A stretch of 64,000 nt of DNA from Candidatus Nanoarchaeia archaeon (GCA_028279765.1 JANQND010000009.1:65198-129197), one strand, 5' to 3'; positions 47,690 to 56,933 are shown, counted from the first letter of the stretch. Program-made: numbers and translations. Notes: generated from the letters alone by a model not told the origin.

Positions 47690-48150
47690 AAAAACTATTT
47701 CTTGCATTAATGTATCATGGAAAAGGGTCTCTTGATAATTCACTCTCTCTTCTTCAGAAACACTTCGGCCCTATTCAATCTCAATCAGAGCCCTTTGATT
47801 TTAATTTTACTAATTATTATGAGGAAGAATTTGGAAAAGACCTGAAGAAGGTTTTTTTAGTATTTGAAAAGGAAATTTCTAAGGGAGATTTAGTCAACAT
47901 AAGAGCACAAACTGCAGAGATTGAAGAAGAATTATCTGCTAATGGAAAAAGAACCGTAAACCTTGATCCAGGCTATCTTTCCGAAACTGAATTGGTGTTA
48001 GCGACAAAAAAATACCAATCCTTCAAAGAGGATTTAGGTAATGGCGTTTATGCCCATAAAGTGTTAGAGTTTAAAGATGATGAAGTGATTACGTTTTCAC
48101 ATACTTTTGCTGATTATAGAAAGAATAAAGAATTTTTTGAGAATAGCTAG
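47686..48150 (+). CDS. Hypothetical protein (154 aa), third gene of an overlapped operon
   Basis: ATGA overlap with the vapC stop. No domain recognised. Confidence 0.3.
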   Translation: MKKLFLALMYHGKGSLDNSLSLLQKHFGPIQSQSEPFDFNFTNYYEEEFGKDLKKVFLVFEKEISKGDLVNIRAQTAEIEEELSANGKRTVNLDPGYLSETELVLATKKYQSFKEDLGNGVYAHKVLEFKDDEVITFSHTFADYRKNKEFFENS

Positions 48151-48944
48151 TGACTTGAATACACTTCTAACGGGTTTTTTACTTCATCTGCAATTTGTAT
48201 TTGCATATGATAAGCAGTTTTTAAAGCTCTTTCAGCTACGATTTTAGCAATTTGTAGCCCTTCACGACCTGAAAGTCCGGGTAAATAGAGTAGGAACTCA
48301 TCACCTGCAGAATCGTTAACTCTATGGGCAACAATATCTGACACTTCAGTCCGCACTCTTCGATCTTGCCCTGTTCGAGCTTCATTTTCTGCAAACATCA
48401 TATCTTCATTCTCTCTTCGATCATATCCAGACCGTACAGATCTACAAATTCCATCAATAGCGGCTCTAAGAATTCCTTCTCCAGAAGCTTCCAAATATCG
48501 ATCAACTAAAGTGTATCCTTTAATTGCATTATGATCGTGCATGCTATTGCCATCTAAGAGAACAAAATATCCTTCATTTTGACCTAGCTCATCTAATTCA
48601 AGCCGCTTGGTTTCGTATCCAAGCTTGTTAAAAAGTCCTGTCTTAGAATCAATTGACAATCGTTCTTGCGCAGCAATTAAATCTTCGCTGGCATTTGTTT
48701 CTCTAAGATAATTTAATACTTGCATAAAGTACTGAGCATTAGATTGATTTTGAATAGGGCTATCTTGAAGAGGTTCACCTTGATAAATATTGATATTCAT
48801 GAGGTCTTCTCGATTTCCTTTTTCCTTAGCTTCCATTAACGCCTGTGATGCTTCCTCAAAAGATGTACCAATACCTACTGAAAACTTAATAATTTCATTT
48901 TCCAGGCTTTTCGGTGTATTATGAGTAACCATACCACTATTCAA
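48147..48944 (-). CDS. GGDEF-like nucleotide cyclase-fold protein (degenerate AGDEF signature) with N-terminal domain of unknown function
   Basis: DSKTGLFNK (DxLTGLxNR-like), VLLDGNSMHDHNAIKG (lDiDhFK.iND..G-like), GEGILRAAIDGI, RVNDSAGDEFLLYLPG (RyGGDEFavlLp-like). Confidence 0.45.
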   Translation of the reverse strand: MNSGMVTHNTPKSLENEIIKFSVGIGTSFEEASQALMEAKEKGNREDLMNINIYQGEPLQDSPIQNQSNAQYFMQVLNYLRETNASEDLIAAQERLSIDSKTGLFNKLGYETKRLELDELGQNEGYFVLLDGNSMHDHNAIKGYTLVDRYLEASGEGILRAAIDGICRSVRSGYDRRENEDMMFAENEARTGQDRRVRTEVSDIVAHRVNDSAGDEFLLYLPGLSGREGLQIAKIVAERALKTAYHMQIQIADEVKNPLEVYSSH

Positions 48945-49052
48945 TCCCTTCTCCTATATAAAGCTTTCTATATTTGTCACTAAAAAGTAACAAAAATAAT
49001 GGAAAAAATCAGGGGAAACTATTTAAAAAGCCTGTCATTAGCAAATACTCAA

Positions 49053-49143
49053 GCCCGAGTAGTATAATGGATAGAATACCTGGTTGCGGAATACTATTCA
49101 ATGCAAAATCCAGGAGATCGGAGTTCAATTCTTCGCTCGGGCA
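49053..49143 (+). tRNA. Intron-containing tRNA, anticodon tentatively GCG (Arg)
   Basis: 7-bp acceptor stem GCCCGAG/CTCGGGC, D arm GTAT-AATGGATAGA-ATAC, anticodon stem CCTGG/CCAGG enclosing a 26-nt loop (TTGCGG plus about 19-nt insertion at 37/38), T arm CGGAG-TTCAATT-CTTCG, discriminator A. No encoded CCA. Confidence 0.55.
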
Positions 49144-49295
49144 TTATACGTGCGGCTTTATGCCGCACCCTTTCCCGAGGCTTTTGAAAAGGCTCCTTGC
49201 TGTTCGATTCTCGGCACGATATAATTATCATGAATTGCATATGATTCGCCTTATAGGGAGCAGAGGTATAGATTTTTAAGTGAGAGAAGGATTCT

Positions 49296-49913
49296 TTGCA
49301 CATGGGTGGGAACGAGATTGAAGAAGTCATAGATTCATTATTTGTCAATGTGCCAGACTTTCCATTAGCTGGACACAATTACCCTAATGTTAGCAGTATT
49401 CTTTATACAAATCCAGAGATTTTGCAAAATATGGTGCAGGATTGCATTGATCATGTTGAACAGCACAAGCCAGAAAAGATTGCCTGCATAGAAACTTGTG
49501 GTTCCTATTTAGGAGCACCAGCTGCTTATTCTCTTCGTTTAGGTCTTGTTCCATTGAAGTCTAGAGGTAAATTAGCTGGGGAGGTTGTAAGCGAGAAGTA
49601 TGATATAGTCTATGCATCAGGCAGGGAAATGCAAATGCAAACAGCTGCTGTTAATCCGAATGAGAGGATATTCATTGTTGATGATTATCTAGCAACAGGG
49701 GGCTCCTTTTTTGCAGCGAAGAAGCTTATTGAAAGCCAGGGTGGCGCTGTAGTAGGAGCTTATTTCGGTATAATTGAGCCTTCATTACATGGATATTCTA
49801 AAGCCATGCATTCTGGAGTTCCAATCAGGTATACCTTTTCTCTTGATTTTCATCAGCAACATAAGGAATGGAGGGTTTCCAATAAAACTTTGCTAGTCAA
49901 TAACTGGCAGTAA
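49296..49913 (+). CDS. Type I phosphoribosyltransferase (adenine/purine PRTase-like)
   Basis: PRPP-binding motif IFIVDDYLATGGS. Confidence 0.65.
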   Translation: MHMGGNEIEEVIDSLFVNVPDFPLAGHNYPNVSSILYTNPEILQNMVQDCIDHVEQHKPEKIACIETCGSYLGAPAAYSLRLGLVPLKSRGKLAGEVVSEKYDIVYASGREMQMQTAAVNPNERIFIVDDYLATGGSFFAAKKLIESQGGAVVGAYFGIIEPSLHGYSKAMHSGVPIRYTFSLDFHQQHKEWRVSNKTLLVNNWQ

Positions 49914-49927
49914 ACAAGTCCTGAATC

Positions 49928-50902
49928 TCAATCCTTCACATACTTGCTCACATCAAAACGAACAGCTAAATACTTGATGGGCTTACCGTCAGCACCCAAA
50001 ACAGGCGTAATCGCCGACTCCACCCAATAGAACCGTCCGGATTTCGCTTTATTCTTAATCATCCCGATCCAGGTTTTACCTGAGGAAATCGTCGTCCACA
50101 TTTTTCTAAAGAAAGATGCCGGATGATGACCAGAATTAATAATCGAGTGATCCTTGCCTAATAGCTCCTTTCGGGAGTATCCCGAAATTTCCACAAACTT
50201 ATCATTCACATAGGTAATCTTCCCTTTCACATCAGTCTCTGCAACGATTGCGGACTTATTCAATGCTTCTCTTTCTGCCTCAAGCAGCCGCTTCTGCCTC
50301 ATCACTTCCTCTTGCGCCCGAACTCTCTCTGTTATATCTTCAATACTCAATACCACAGACAATCTCTCATCAGGGTTAATCAGCTTCGAGCCACGAATGC
50401 TCAGGGTACGAAACCTGCTATCAACTAAGGTCATCTCACAAGTATCAGCAATACCATCAATGATTCGGGTGATTTTGCGCAGCTTCACAGGATTATCCAA
50501 TCCTAACACTGCCTCATAAAATCGCTGGCCTTCCCGATGCCCGTACCAATCAACAAGCCTGCTGCTCATAAAGAGAATAGTATAGCTTGAATCAATGACT
50601 GCAAGACCGTTGGGAAGGGTGGACACAATGTCTGAGAGAACTTTTTCTGTGAATGTTTTATGCTCAGTGTTAGCAGAATCCATGAGGGTTTGAATGGGTG
50701 CCTTATTGATGAACCACAGCTTTGCTTTGCCCACAGCTTTATGCCGCAGAAGTCCATTTGCTTCCATAAATGAGAGATACTTAGAGACCGTATGCCGCTC
50801 AAAGGACATCTTTTTTTCAATTTCAGTAATCGTTGCACCACTAGCTCCAATATCAGAGACAATGGAGAGAATTTGTTTTTCAATCTTCTTTTTGACAATC
50901 AT
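49928..50902 (-). CDS. Winged-HTH transcription regulator with two PAS sensor domains
   Basis: N-terminal wHTH (GATITEIEKKMSFERHTVSKYLSFMEANGLL) followed by two PAS-like segments. Divergent from the nrd locus. Confidence 0.55.
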   Translation of the reverse strand: MIVKKKIEKQILSIVSDIGASGATITEIEKKMSFERHTVSKYLSFMEANGLLRHKAVGKAKLWFINKAPIQTLMDSANTEHKTFTEKVLSDIVSTLPNGLAVIDSSYTILFMSSRLVDWYGHREGQRFYEAVLGLDNPVKLRKITRIIDGIADTCEMTLVDSRFRTLSIRGSKLINPDERLSVVLSIEDITERVRAQEEVMRQKRLLEAEREALNKSAIVAETDVKGKITYVNDKFVEISGYSRKELLGKDHSIINSGHHPASFFRKMWTTISSGKTWIGMIKNKAKSGRFYWVESAITPVLGADGKPIKYLAVRFDVSKYVKD

Positions 50903-51093
50903 ACTCTAAGCAAACCTTGCCAATATATAAACATTTCTTATGGTTTCCATTAATGGTAACCAAAAAGCAGCAAATTTATATACTGAAATTCCCTTATAAA
51001 TTCAGTTTGAGAGCAAGGCAGGGAGCACTTCTTACGACGATAAAGAAAGAATAATCTACCTGCCGGAATCTAACAACGCTAGTAAAAAGAGGG

Positions 51094-51273
51094 ATGAAAA
51101 TGTGCAATTGCAGGCAATGCAATAACGAGATAGCAGGGGATGGTAATACGACCATTGTCCTTTGTTCCTTTAAGCAGGGTCCGGTTCATTTGGGCTGTTG
51201 CCTAAATACATGCAGCTGGGATCAAAGACCCTGCGAGCATTCAAGGGGCATCTTCGAGAAGATCGGTGATTAA
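51094..51273 (+). CDS. Small Cys-rich ORF (59 aa, 8 Cys), possible Zn-binding protein preceding nrdD
   Basis: MKMCNCRQCNNEIAGDGNTTIVLCSFKQGPVHLGCCLNTCSWDQRPCEHSRGIFEKIGD. Stop TAA lies 3 nt before the nrdD ATG. Below the 60-aa cutoff of the ORF track. Confidence 0.3.
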   Translation: MKMCNCRQCNNEIAGDGNTTIVLCSFKQGPVHLGCCLNTCSWDQRPCEHSRGIFEKIGD

Positions 51274-51276
51274 GAG

Positions 51277-53280
51277 ATGGAATTGAAAAGAATACGAAAA
51301 CGTGACGCAAGAATAGTAGAGTTCGATCAACAAAAAATTACGAGCGCTATATTTAAGGCTGCAAAATCCGTTGGCGGAACAGATGAGAGTATAGCAAAAA
51401 CCCTCTCTGATAAAGTAGTTGCTGTACTCGAATACATGTACGGCGCAAAGGAAATCCCTACCGTTGAAGAAGTCCAGGATGTCGTGGAAAAAATTCTTAT
51501 CAAGTCAGGCCACGCAAGTACCGCAAAAGCATACATCCTCCATCGAAAGCAGCACGAAAAAATGCGCTCCATGAAAGGATCCTTTCTGGAAGTGCGCAAT
51601 GCTGTCGATGAATACCTTAAAAAAACAGACTGGCGTGTCTATGAGAACAGCAATGCAGATTACTCGTTTTCAGGCCTTATGTCACACACCGCAAGCAAAA
51701 TACTGGCAAACTACACGCTCACTGAAATCTATTCAGATGAGATCGCCCGCGCACACAAAAACGCGGACATCCATATCCATGATCTAGGATACGGAGTTAT
51801 TGGCTATTGTTCTGGTTGGTCACTAAAAAGTCTGCTTATGAGCGGATTTGGCGGGGTTTCCAAAAAAATCCGATCAAAACCACCTAAACACCTAGATGTT
51901 GCATGCGTTCAGATGGTAAATTTTCTCGGAACCATGCAGATGGAGCATGCAGGGGCCCAGGCGTTTTCCTCCATAGATACCCTGCTTGCTCCTTTTATTC
52001 GCATAGATAACCTCCCTTACGAACAGGTAAAACAATGCATGCAGATGCTTGTTTTCTCTTTGAATGTGCCAAGCAGATGGGGATGCCAGGCACCCTTTAC
52101 TAACTTCACTTTTGACTGGACAGTACCAAAAGATATGGAGAAAGAGCCAGCAATAATTGGTGGAGAACTCATGGATTTCACTTACGGAGACTGCCAAAAC
52201 GAAATGGACCTGATTAACCAGGCATTTATTGAAGTCATGCTTGAAGGAGATGCAGACGGCAGAACATTCTTCTATCCTATCCCTACCTATAATGTCACGA
52301 AAGACTTCAACTGGGATTCTTATAACGCGAAACTGCTTTTTGAAATGACCGCTAAGTACGGGACCCCTTATTTTCAGAACTTCATTAATAGCTCATTAAC
52401 TCCTTCAGATGTTCGCAGTATGTGTTGTAGATTACAGCTCGATCTCAAGCAACTAAGAAATAAGATGGGAGGATTATTCGGCGCCGGTGACCAAACCGGG
52501 AGTATTGGTGTAGTAACCATCAATCTTCCACGAATCGGATACCTTGCAAAAGATGAAAAGGAATTTTTCCAATATCTAGATCAAGTGATGGAAATAGCAA
52601 GAGATTCCTTGGAAACAAAGCGATCAATCATTGAAAAAAATCTCAAAGCAGGCTTAATGCCCTTCACCAGGAAATTTTTGGGTTCCTATCGCAATCATTT
52701 TTCAACTATCGGACTAAATGGAATGCATGAAGCGCTGCTCAACCTTATCGGTAAGGGAATAGAAACACAAGAGGGAAGAGAACTGGCAGTAAAGGCACTC
52801 CAATTCATGCGCGATAAGCTCACTGAGTATCAGGAAAGCACAGGCAACCTCTACAACCTTGAAGCAGTGCCTTGTGAGTCTGCAACATACCGATTCGCAA
52901 AGCAGGACAAAGAGAATTATCCTGATATTATCTCTGCAGGAACAAAGGAAAAACCCTACTACACGAACTCAACACACTTACCGGTAAACCACACCGACGA
53001 TGTCTTTGATGCCCTGGAACATCAGGATGAGTTACAGACACTCTATACCGGTGGCACAGTCCTGCATTGCTTTTTGGGAGAGAGGCTGGACAATTGGCGC
53101 AGTACGATGAAGCTAGTCAAAACTATTGCCAATAACTTCTCTCTCCCATATTTTACCCTGACACCCACTTTCAGTATTTGCCCCGAGCATGGATACATTA
53201 AAGGAGAACATTTCACTTGTCCCTGTCACATAGAAGAAGAAAAAGTACAAATAAAGGAGGTAGAAACATATGAAATGTGA
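51277..53280 (+). CDS. nrdD: Anaerobic ribonucleoside-triphosphate reductase, large polypeptide (ATP-cone, catalytic barrel, Zn site) without the glycyl-radical segment
   Basis: N-terminal ATP cone (RIRKRDARIVEFDQQKITSAIFKAA), class III RNR body, C-terminal CPEH...CPCH Zn motif. The ORF ends 13 codons before the position where the RxxGY motif would be expected. Confidence 0.8.
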   Translation: MELKRIRKRDARIVEFDQQKITSAIFKAAKSVGGTDESIAKTLSDKVVAVLEYMYGAKEIPTVEEVQDVVEKILIKSGHASTAKAYILHRKQHEKMRSMKGSFLEVRNAVDEYLKKTDWRVYENSNADYSFSGLMSHTASKILANYTLTEIYSDEIARAHKNADIHIHDLGYGVIGYCSGWSLKSLLMSGFGGVSKKIRSKPPKHLDVACVQMVNFLGTMQMEHAGAQAFSSIDTLLAPFIRIDNLPYEQVKQCMQMLVFSLNVPSRWGCQAPFTNFTFDWTVPKDMEKEPAIIGGELMDFTYGDCQNEMDLINQAFIEVMLEGDADGRTFFYPIPTYNVTKDFNWDSYNAKLLFEMTAKYGTPYFQNFINSSLTPSDVRSMCCRLQLDLKQLRNKMGGLFGAGDQTGSIGVVTINLPRIGYLAKDEKEFFQYLDQVMEIARDSLETKRSIIEKNLKAGLMPFTRKFLGSYRNHFSTIGLNGMHEALLNLIGKGIETQEGRELAVKALQFMRDKLTEYQESTGNLYNLEAVPCESATYRFAKQDKENYPDIISAGTKEKPYYTNSTHLPVNHTDDVFDALEHQDELQTLYTGGTVLHCFLGERLDNWRSTMKLVKTIANNFSLPYFTLTPTFSICPEHGYIKGEHFTCPCHIEEEKVQIKEVETYEM

Positions 53281-53434
53281 GAGAAAAACAGAAGTATATA
53301 GCCGAATCGTGGGTTATTTTCGACCCATACAAAATTGGAACATTGGAAAACAGCAGGAATTCAAAGATAGGCAGGAGTATTCTGGGAAAATGGAAGGCGC
53401 TATTACCGTGCCTTGCACACCAAAGCAAAAATGA
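53270..53434 (+). CDS. Separate 54-aa ORF encoding the NrdD glycyl-radical segment
   Basis: MKCERKTEVYSRIVGYFRPIQNWNIGKQQEFKDRQEY contains the class III RNR glycyl-radical motif (RIVGYFRP). AGGAGG lies at 53255-53260, 9 nt before the ATG. The ATG overlaps the nrdD stop (ATGAAATGTGA), and its own stop overlaps the nrdG ATG (ATGA). Confidence 0.5.
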   Translation: MKCERKTEVYSRIVGYFRPIQNWNIGKQQEFKDRQEYSGKMEGAITVPCTPKQK

Positions 53435-54165
53435 TTCCTATCCCTATTAAGGGACTGCAGAAAACAACACTTATCGACTACCCAGGCAAACTTGCCTGCA
53501 CAATTTTTATTGGAGGGTGCAACCTTCGATGCGGTTACTGCTACAACTCCTCTCTTGTCTTCAACAAAGGAGACACTATTCCTCTGCAGGATATCTTCGA
53601 CTTCTTGAGCAGCAGAAAAAAACACCTGGAAGGAGTCTGTATTACCGGAGGAGAGCCAACACTATACCCTCAGATAATCCATTTGTGCCAATTGATTAAA
53701 GAGATGGGATACCTTGTCAAGCTTGACACAAACGGAACTAATCCAGAATTACTTGAACAATTGCTTCAAAAGCAACTGATCGATTACTGCGCAATGGACG
53801 TCAAATGCCCCATAACAGACTACGATAAGGTTGTGCAGGTCTGGACAAATAAGAAAAGATTGAGAAAAAGCGTTCGCCTGCTCCTTAACTCAAGCATTGA
53901 ATACGAATTTCGAACCACTCTGCTTCCTGACATGAGCAGTGAAAAGGCAATCCTGCAAATAGCCCAGAGCATCAAAGGAGCAAAGCGCTATTACCTACAG
54001 CAGTTCAGGCCAACCTCAACTTGTATTGATGAAAAATACTGTTCTATAACTCCCCTTAGTGAAGAAAAAATACTGGAGCTCAAGCATCTCGTCGAGCCCT
54101 TTGTAGAGCATGTAGAAGTGAGGGGGCTGGACACTCTGGAAGTTGCTTCTTGGACTTCTATGTGA
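53431..54165 (+). CDS. nrdG: Anaerobic RNR activating enzyme (radical SAM)
   Basis: CNLRCGYCYN radical-SAM cluster motif. ATG start at 53431 preferred over the TTG at 53413. Confidence 0.8.
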   Translation: MIPIPIKGLQKTTLIDYPGKLACTIFIGGCNLRCGYCYNSSLVFNKGDTIPLQDIFDFLSSRKKHLEGVCITGGEPTLYPQIIHLCQLIKEMGYLVKLDTNGTNPELLEQLLQKQLIDYCAMDVKCPITDYDKVVQVWTNKKRLRKSVRLLLNSSIEYEFRTTLLPDMSSEKAILQIAQSIKGAKRYYLQQFRPTSTCIDEKYCSITPLSEEKILELKHLVEPFVEHVEVRGLDTLEVASWTSM

Positions 54166-54222
54166 AATATTTTTCCATCAGCGTCAGAAAAACTTTATAT
54201 ATCGGTGTAAAATCCATGCCTT

Positions 54223-55314
54223 ATGGTTAAAAAAGTACTTTTTCTGTACAACGGAGGAACTATTGGGCAGGTTGTGGAGAAAAGAGGGGATCAAACAGTA
54301 CTTGTTCCACCTAAAGATTCTAAAATATTCCAGCAGGCATGCGAGCCAATTATCGAGAAACTCAGTGCAGATTCAAAAATTACCTTCGAGTTCATAACTT
54401 CGAAGGATAGTTCTAACATGACTCCTAATGATTGGGAGAAATTAATTTTTCGTATCAAAAAAGCACAGGACGAAGAGAAATATGATGCTGTGGCAATTGC
54501 ACACGGAACTGATACGCTGGCTTATACTGCAACTGCTCTTGCTCTGGCCTTGCATGGAAAAAATCCAGGAAAAAGCGGCCTGCGAATTCCTATCTGCATT
54601 ACGGGATCTCAAACTCCTGTATATGAGCCTGGCGGGGATGGACAATTCAATTTGGAAAATCTCTTCAGAACAATCAACAAGGCAATTGAATTAGAGGTTG
54701 CAGATGTTATGGTTAATTTTTGGGATAAAGTTTTCTTAGGCAGTAGAATTATTAAAACAAGTGAGAAGGATTTTGATGCCTTTGCAACTCCTGGATTTCC
54801 CACTGTAGGCCAAATTGATGCTCAAGGAGTAAATTTAAACCTCTTTCACTTAAAATTAAAGAAGGACACACAAGAAAAATTGAGTATTGCACCGAAATTC
54901 GGAAGAGGAGTGGTTAGCTTTGAATTAACGCCCGGGACGGATCCAAACGTGGTACTGGGCTTCATTACCGGTGGAGGAATATCTGCAATGATTTTAAAAT
55001 CCTTAGGAGAAGGAAATGTCTGCGCAGAGGGTCAGTATAATCTTATACCTGTAATCAAACAATCTTCATCCGATTATATGGTACCAATTTTCATCACAAC
55101 TAAATTTGTTGGTGGAACTGCTGGCGGAGCACATTATGAAATTGGTCTGCAAGCCATTGAAGAAGGAGGTATTCCTTGCTATAATCACACTGACATAGCT
55201 GTAGATGTGAAAGTGAGATGGCTCATTGGTAATGGTATTTGCTCAAGTATCGATGATTTCAAAAAAGCCATGAAAACAAGTTATGCAGGTGAGGTAAATC
55301 CTCCTAAAGAATAG
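54223..55314 (+). CDS. L-asparaginase (type I family)
   Basis: YNGGTIGQ threonine motif, HGTDTLAYTA, about 360 aa. Confidence 0.7.
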   Translation: MVKKVLFLYNGGTIGQVVEKRGDQTVLVPPKDSKIFQQACEPIIEKLSADSKITFEFITSKDSSNMTPNDWEKLIFRIKKAQDEEKYDAVAIAHGTDTLAYTATALALALHGKNPGKSGLRIPICITGSQTPVYEPGGDGQFNLENLFRTINKAIELEVADVMVNFWDKVFLGSRIIKTSEKDFDAFATPGFPTVGQIDAQGVNLNLFHLKLKKDTQEKLSIAPKFGRGVVSFELTPGTDPNVVLGFITGGGISAMILKSLGEGNVCAEGQYNLIPVIKQSSSDYMVPIFITTKFVGGTAGGAHYEIGLQAIEEGGIPCYNHTDIAVDVKVRWLIGNGICSSIDDFKKAMKTSYAGEVNPPKE

Positions 55315-55365
55315 TCTTTTTCTAAAACCCAAACCATTAAATAACGACCTCACTCAATCAAAACC

Positions 55366-55686
55366 ATGCACGAGACCATCATCTCCGATAATATCATCAA
55401 GGAAGCCCAAAAGCACGGCAACGTCGAACAAATTTCTCTTGAAGTCGGTGAGCTTGCCCATATTCCCATGGATGAGCTTCTGGAATGCCTGAAAGGACTC
55501 GTAGACTGGAAAATAGATGCAACAGAAAAGCCATCAAAAGTGAAATGCATTTGTGGTTTCGAGGGACACCCAACGATACTGGAGCGAGGTCACGATTCTT
55601 TCCTGATTGAATGCCCCAAATGCAAAAGCGTTCCCCAGGTGATCGATGGAACCGACATAAAACTTCTCAGTGTGCAGGTAAAATAA
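55366..55686 (+). CDS. hypA: Hydrogenase nickel-insertion protein HypA
   Basis: MHE start. C-terminal CxxC...CxxC (CICG...CPKC) zinc site. Confidence 0.8.
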   Translation: MHETIISDNIIKEAQKHGNVEQISLEVGELAHIPMDELLECLKGLVDWKIDATEKPSKVKCICGFEGHPTILERGHDSFLIECPKCKSVPQVIDGTDIKLLSVQVK

Positions 55687-55691
55687 GGTAA

Positions 55692-56417
55692 TTAGTGCAA
55701 AGCATTAATTGCTGAAATCGTCTTGAGGGTATACTTCTGCAGATTATTTGCTTGCTCCTGAGTGAGTTTCACACACGCAAATCCCCAGTGCAGGGCAACT
55801 CTATCACCCTCGGTTATATCGGGAAAGAGTTTTCTCCTGCAAACCACAATCTTACTTTCCGGCTCACTAAGGGATAATTTCCTGTTACTCTCCTTGAGGG
55901 TTTGAGATAGCACGAGTAATTTCTCCGGAAGTACCTCTACAACTTTGCCCCAGGAAATTCGTGCATTGTCCATGTTTTGAAGACTCGCTTCATAGGAGCC
56001 AGCAAAACCTGGTGATCTCAGAAACAAAGCATGAAAAGAATGATGCGGAAAACAACCGGTAGGTATCTGTTTACTCAATTCATCTGCATCGGACAAATCA
56101 TTTCTTTTCTTAACTAATTCCTCCGCCAGAATAACCATATCAGGTTGTGTAAAACTATCAAGCAAAGAGTTTCCAATCCAATACGCCTCGACCACTGAAG
56201 GGTCAAATACCGGTTTTCCGCTCTTCTTAGCGATAGCATGTAGGGAGGTAAGCAACCCAGGATACGAGCAAAGCAATTTTTCAATCCCATCAGAGTTTTG
56301 TTTAGTAACCAGAAAATCCATAAATACGCTGCCGATCTTAGGAGATCCCCAAAAGCCCAGCGCATTCGTAATATACGAAAACCGCACCGCAAGCTCACGC
56401 CCATCCATTACAAGCAA
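55692..56417 (-). CDS. Hypothetical protein (241 aa) between hypA and the hydrogenase maturation protease
   Basis: ORF only. Overlaps the upstream protease gene by 10 nt. Confidence 0.3.
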   Translation of the reverse strand: MLVMDGRELAVRFSYITNALGFWGSPKIGSVFMDFLVTKQNSDGIEKLLCSYPGLLTSLHAIAKKSGKPVFDPSVVEAYWIGNSLLDSFTQPDMVILAEELVKKRNDLSDADELSKQIPTGCFPHHSFHALFLRSPGFAGSYEASLQNMDNARISWGKVVEVLPEKLLVLSQTLKESNRKLSLSEPESKIVVCRRKLFPDITEGDRVALHWGFACVKLTQEQANNLQKYTLKTISAINALH

Positions 56418-56767
56418 CGCTCCACATCAGTAATAATCTGTTTCTTATTTCCTTCTTGTGGTATGCCAATTACTTTAATAGTTTTCTCCAGGCCGAGTGC
56501 GCTCATAAGATTCAAGAAAAACCCCACATCAAAATCATGCATGCTCAGCAGTCGTCGGGTTTTAATCTGCTCAGGATCGGCAATAACGATCGTTTTATCA
56601 ATTCCTTTGACGACATCAAGCATGACGATTTCATCACTTTCTTCATCCAATACTTCATCGGGCGATCTGCAGTGAATAACCTCAACTCCTTTCAGCTCCT
56701 GTGCAACTACTCTCGCAAGAGAATCCTGCGCAAGATACTCATTTCCAAAAACGTACAGCCTTTTCAT
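56408..56767 (-). CDS. Hydrogenase maturation endopeptidase (HycI/FrhD-like)
   Basis: Size about 120 aa. VFGNEYLAQDSLA...D motif pattern of HyaD/HycI-type proteases. Confidence 0.65.
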   Translation of the reverse strand: MKRLYVFGNEYLAQDSLARVVAQELKGVEVIHCRSPDEVLDEESDEIVMLDVVKGIDKTIVIADPEQIKTRRLLSMHDFDVGFFLNLMSALGLEKTIKVIGIPQEGNKKQIITDVERCL

Positions 56768-56933
56768 TGCCCTTCATATCTGTAACTTGCGTAAGTGCCT
56801 GTTGTTTCAACCAATATACTACATAAAAAACAAACCCAGTGAATAAGATAAGCCCCAGCAGGCAAACCCAGCTCGTTAGTAATCCATCAGATGTATGCAT
56901 TGTTTCTTCCTCCAGTGTTCCTGTTTATACTAA

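Noticed and set aside
48974-49279. 101-aa ORF on the + strand
   Set aside because: It overlaps the well-folded intron-containing tRNA (49053-49143) and has no start context. Non-coding.
53255-53290. Simple sequencing-error explanation for the nrdD frame break
   Set aside because: Not fully rejected. The RBS and two start/stop overlaps favour a genuine split, but a single-base indel cannot be excluded from sequence alone.
53413-53430. TTG start for nrdG given by the ORF track
   Set aside because: An in-frame ATG at 53431 overlaps the stop of the upstream small ORF (ATGA). The N-terminus MIPIPIKGL aligns with NrdG family starts.
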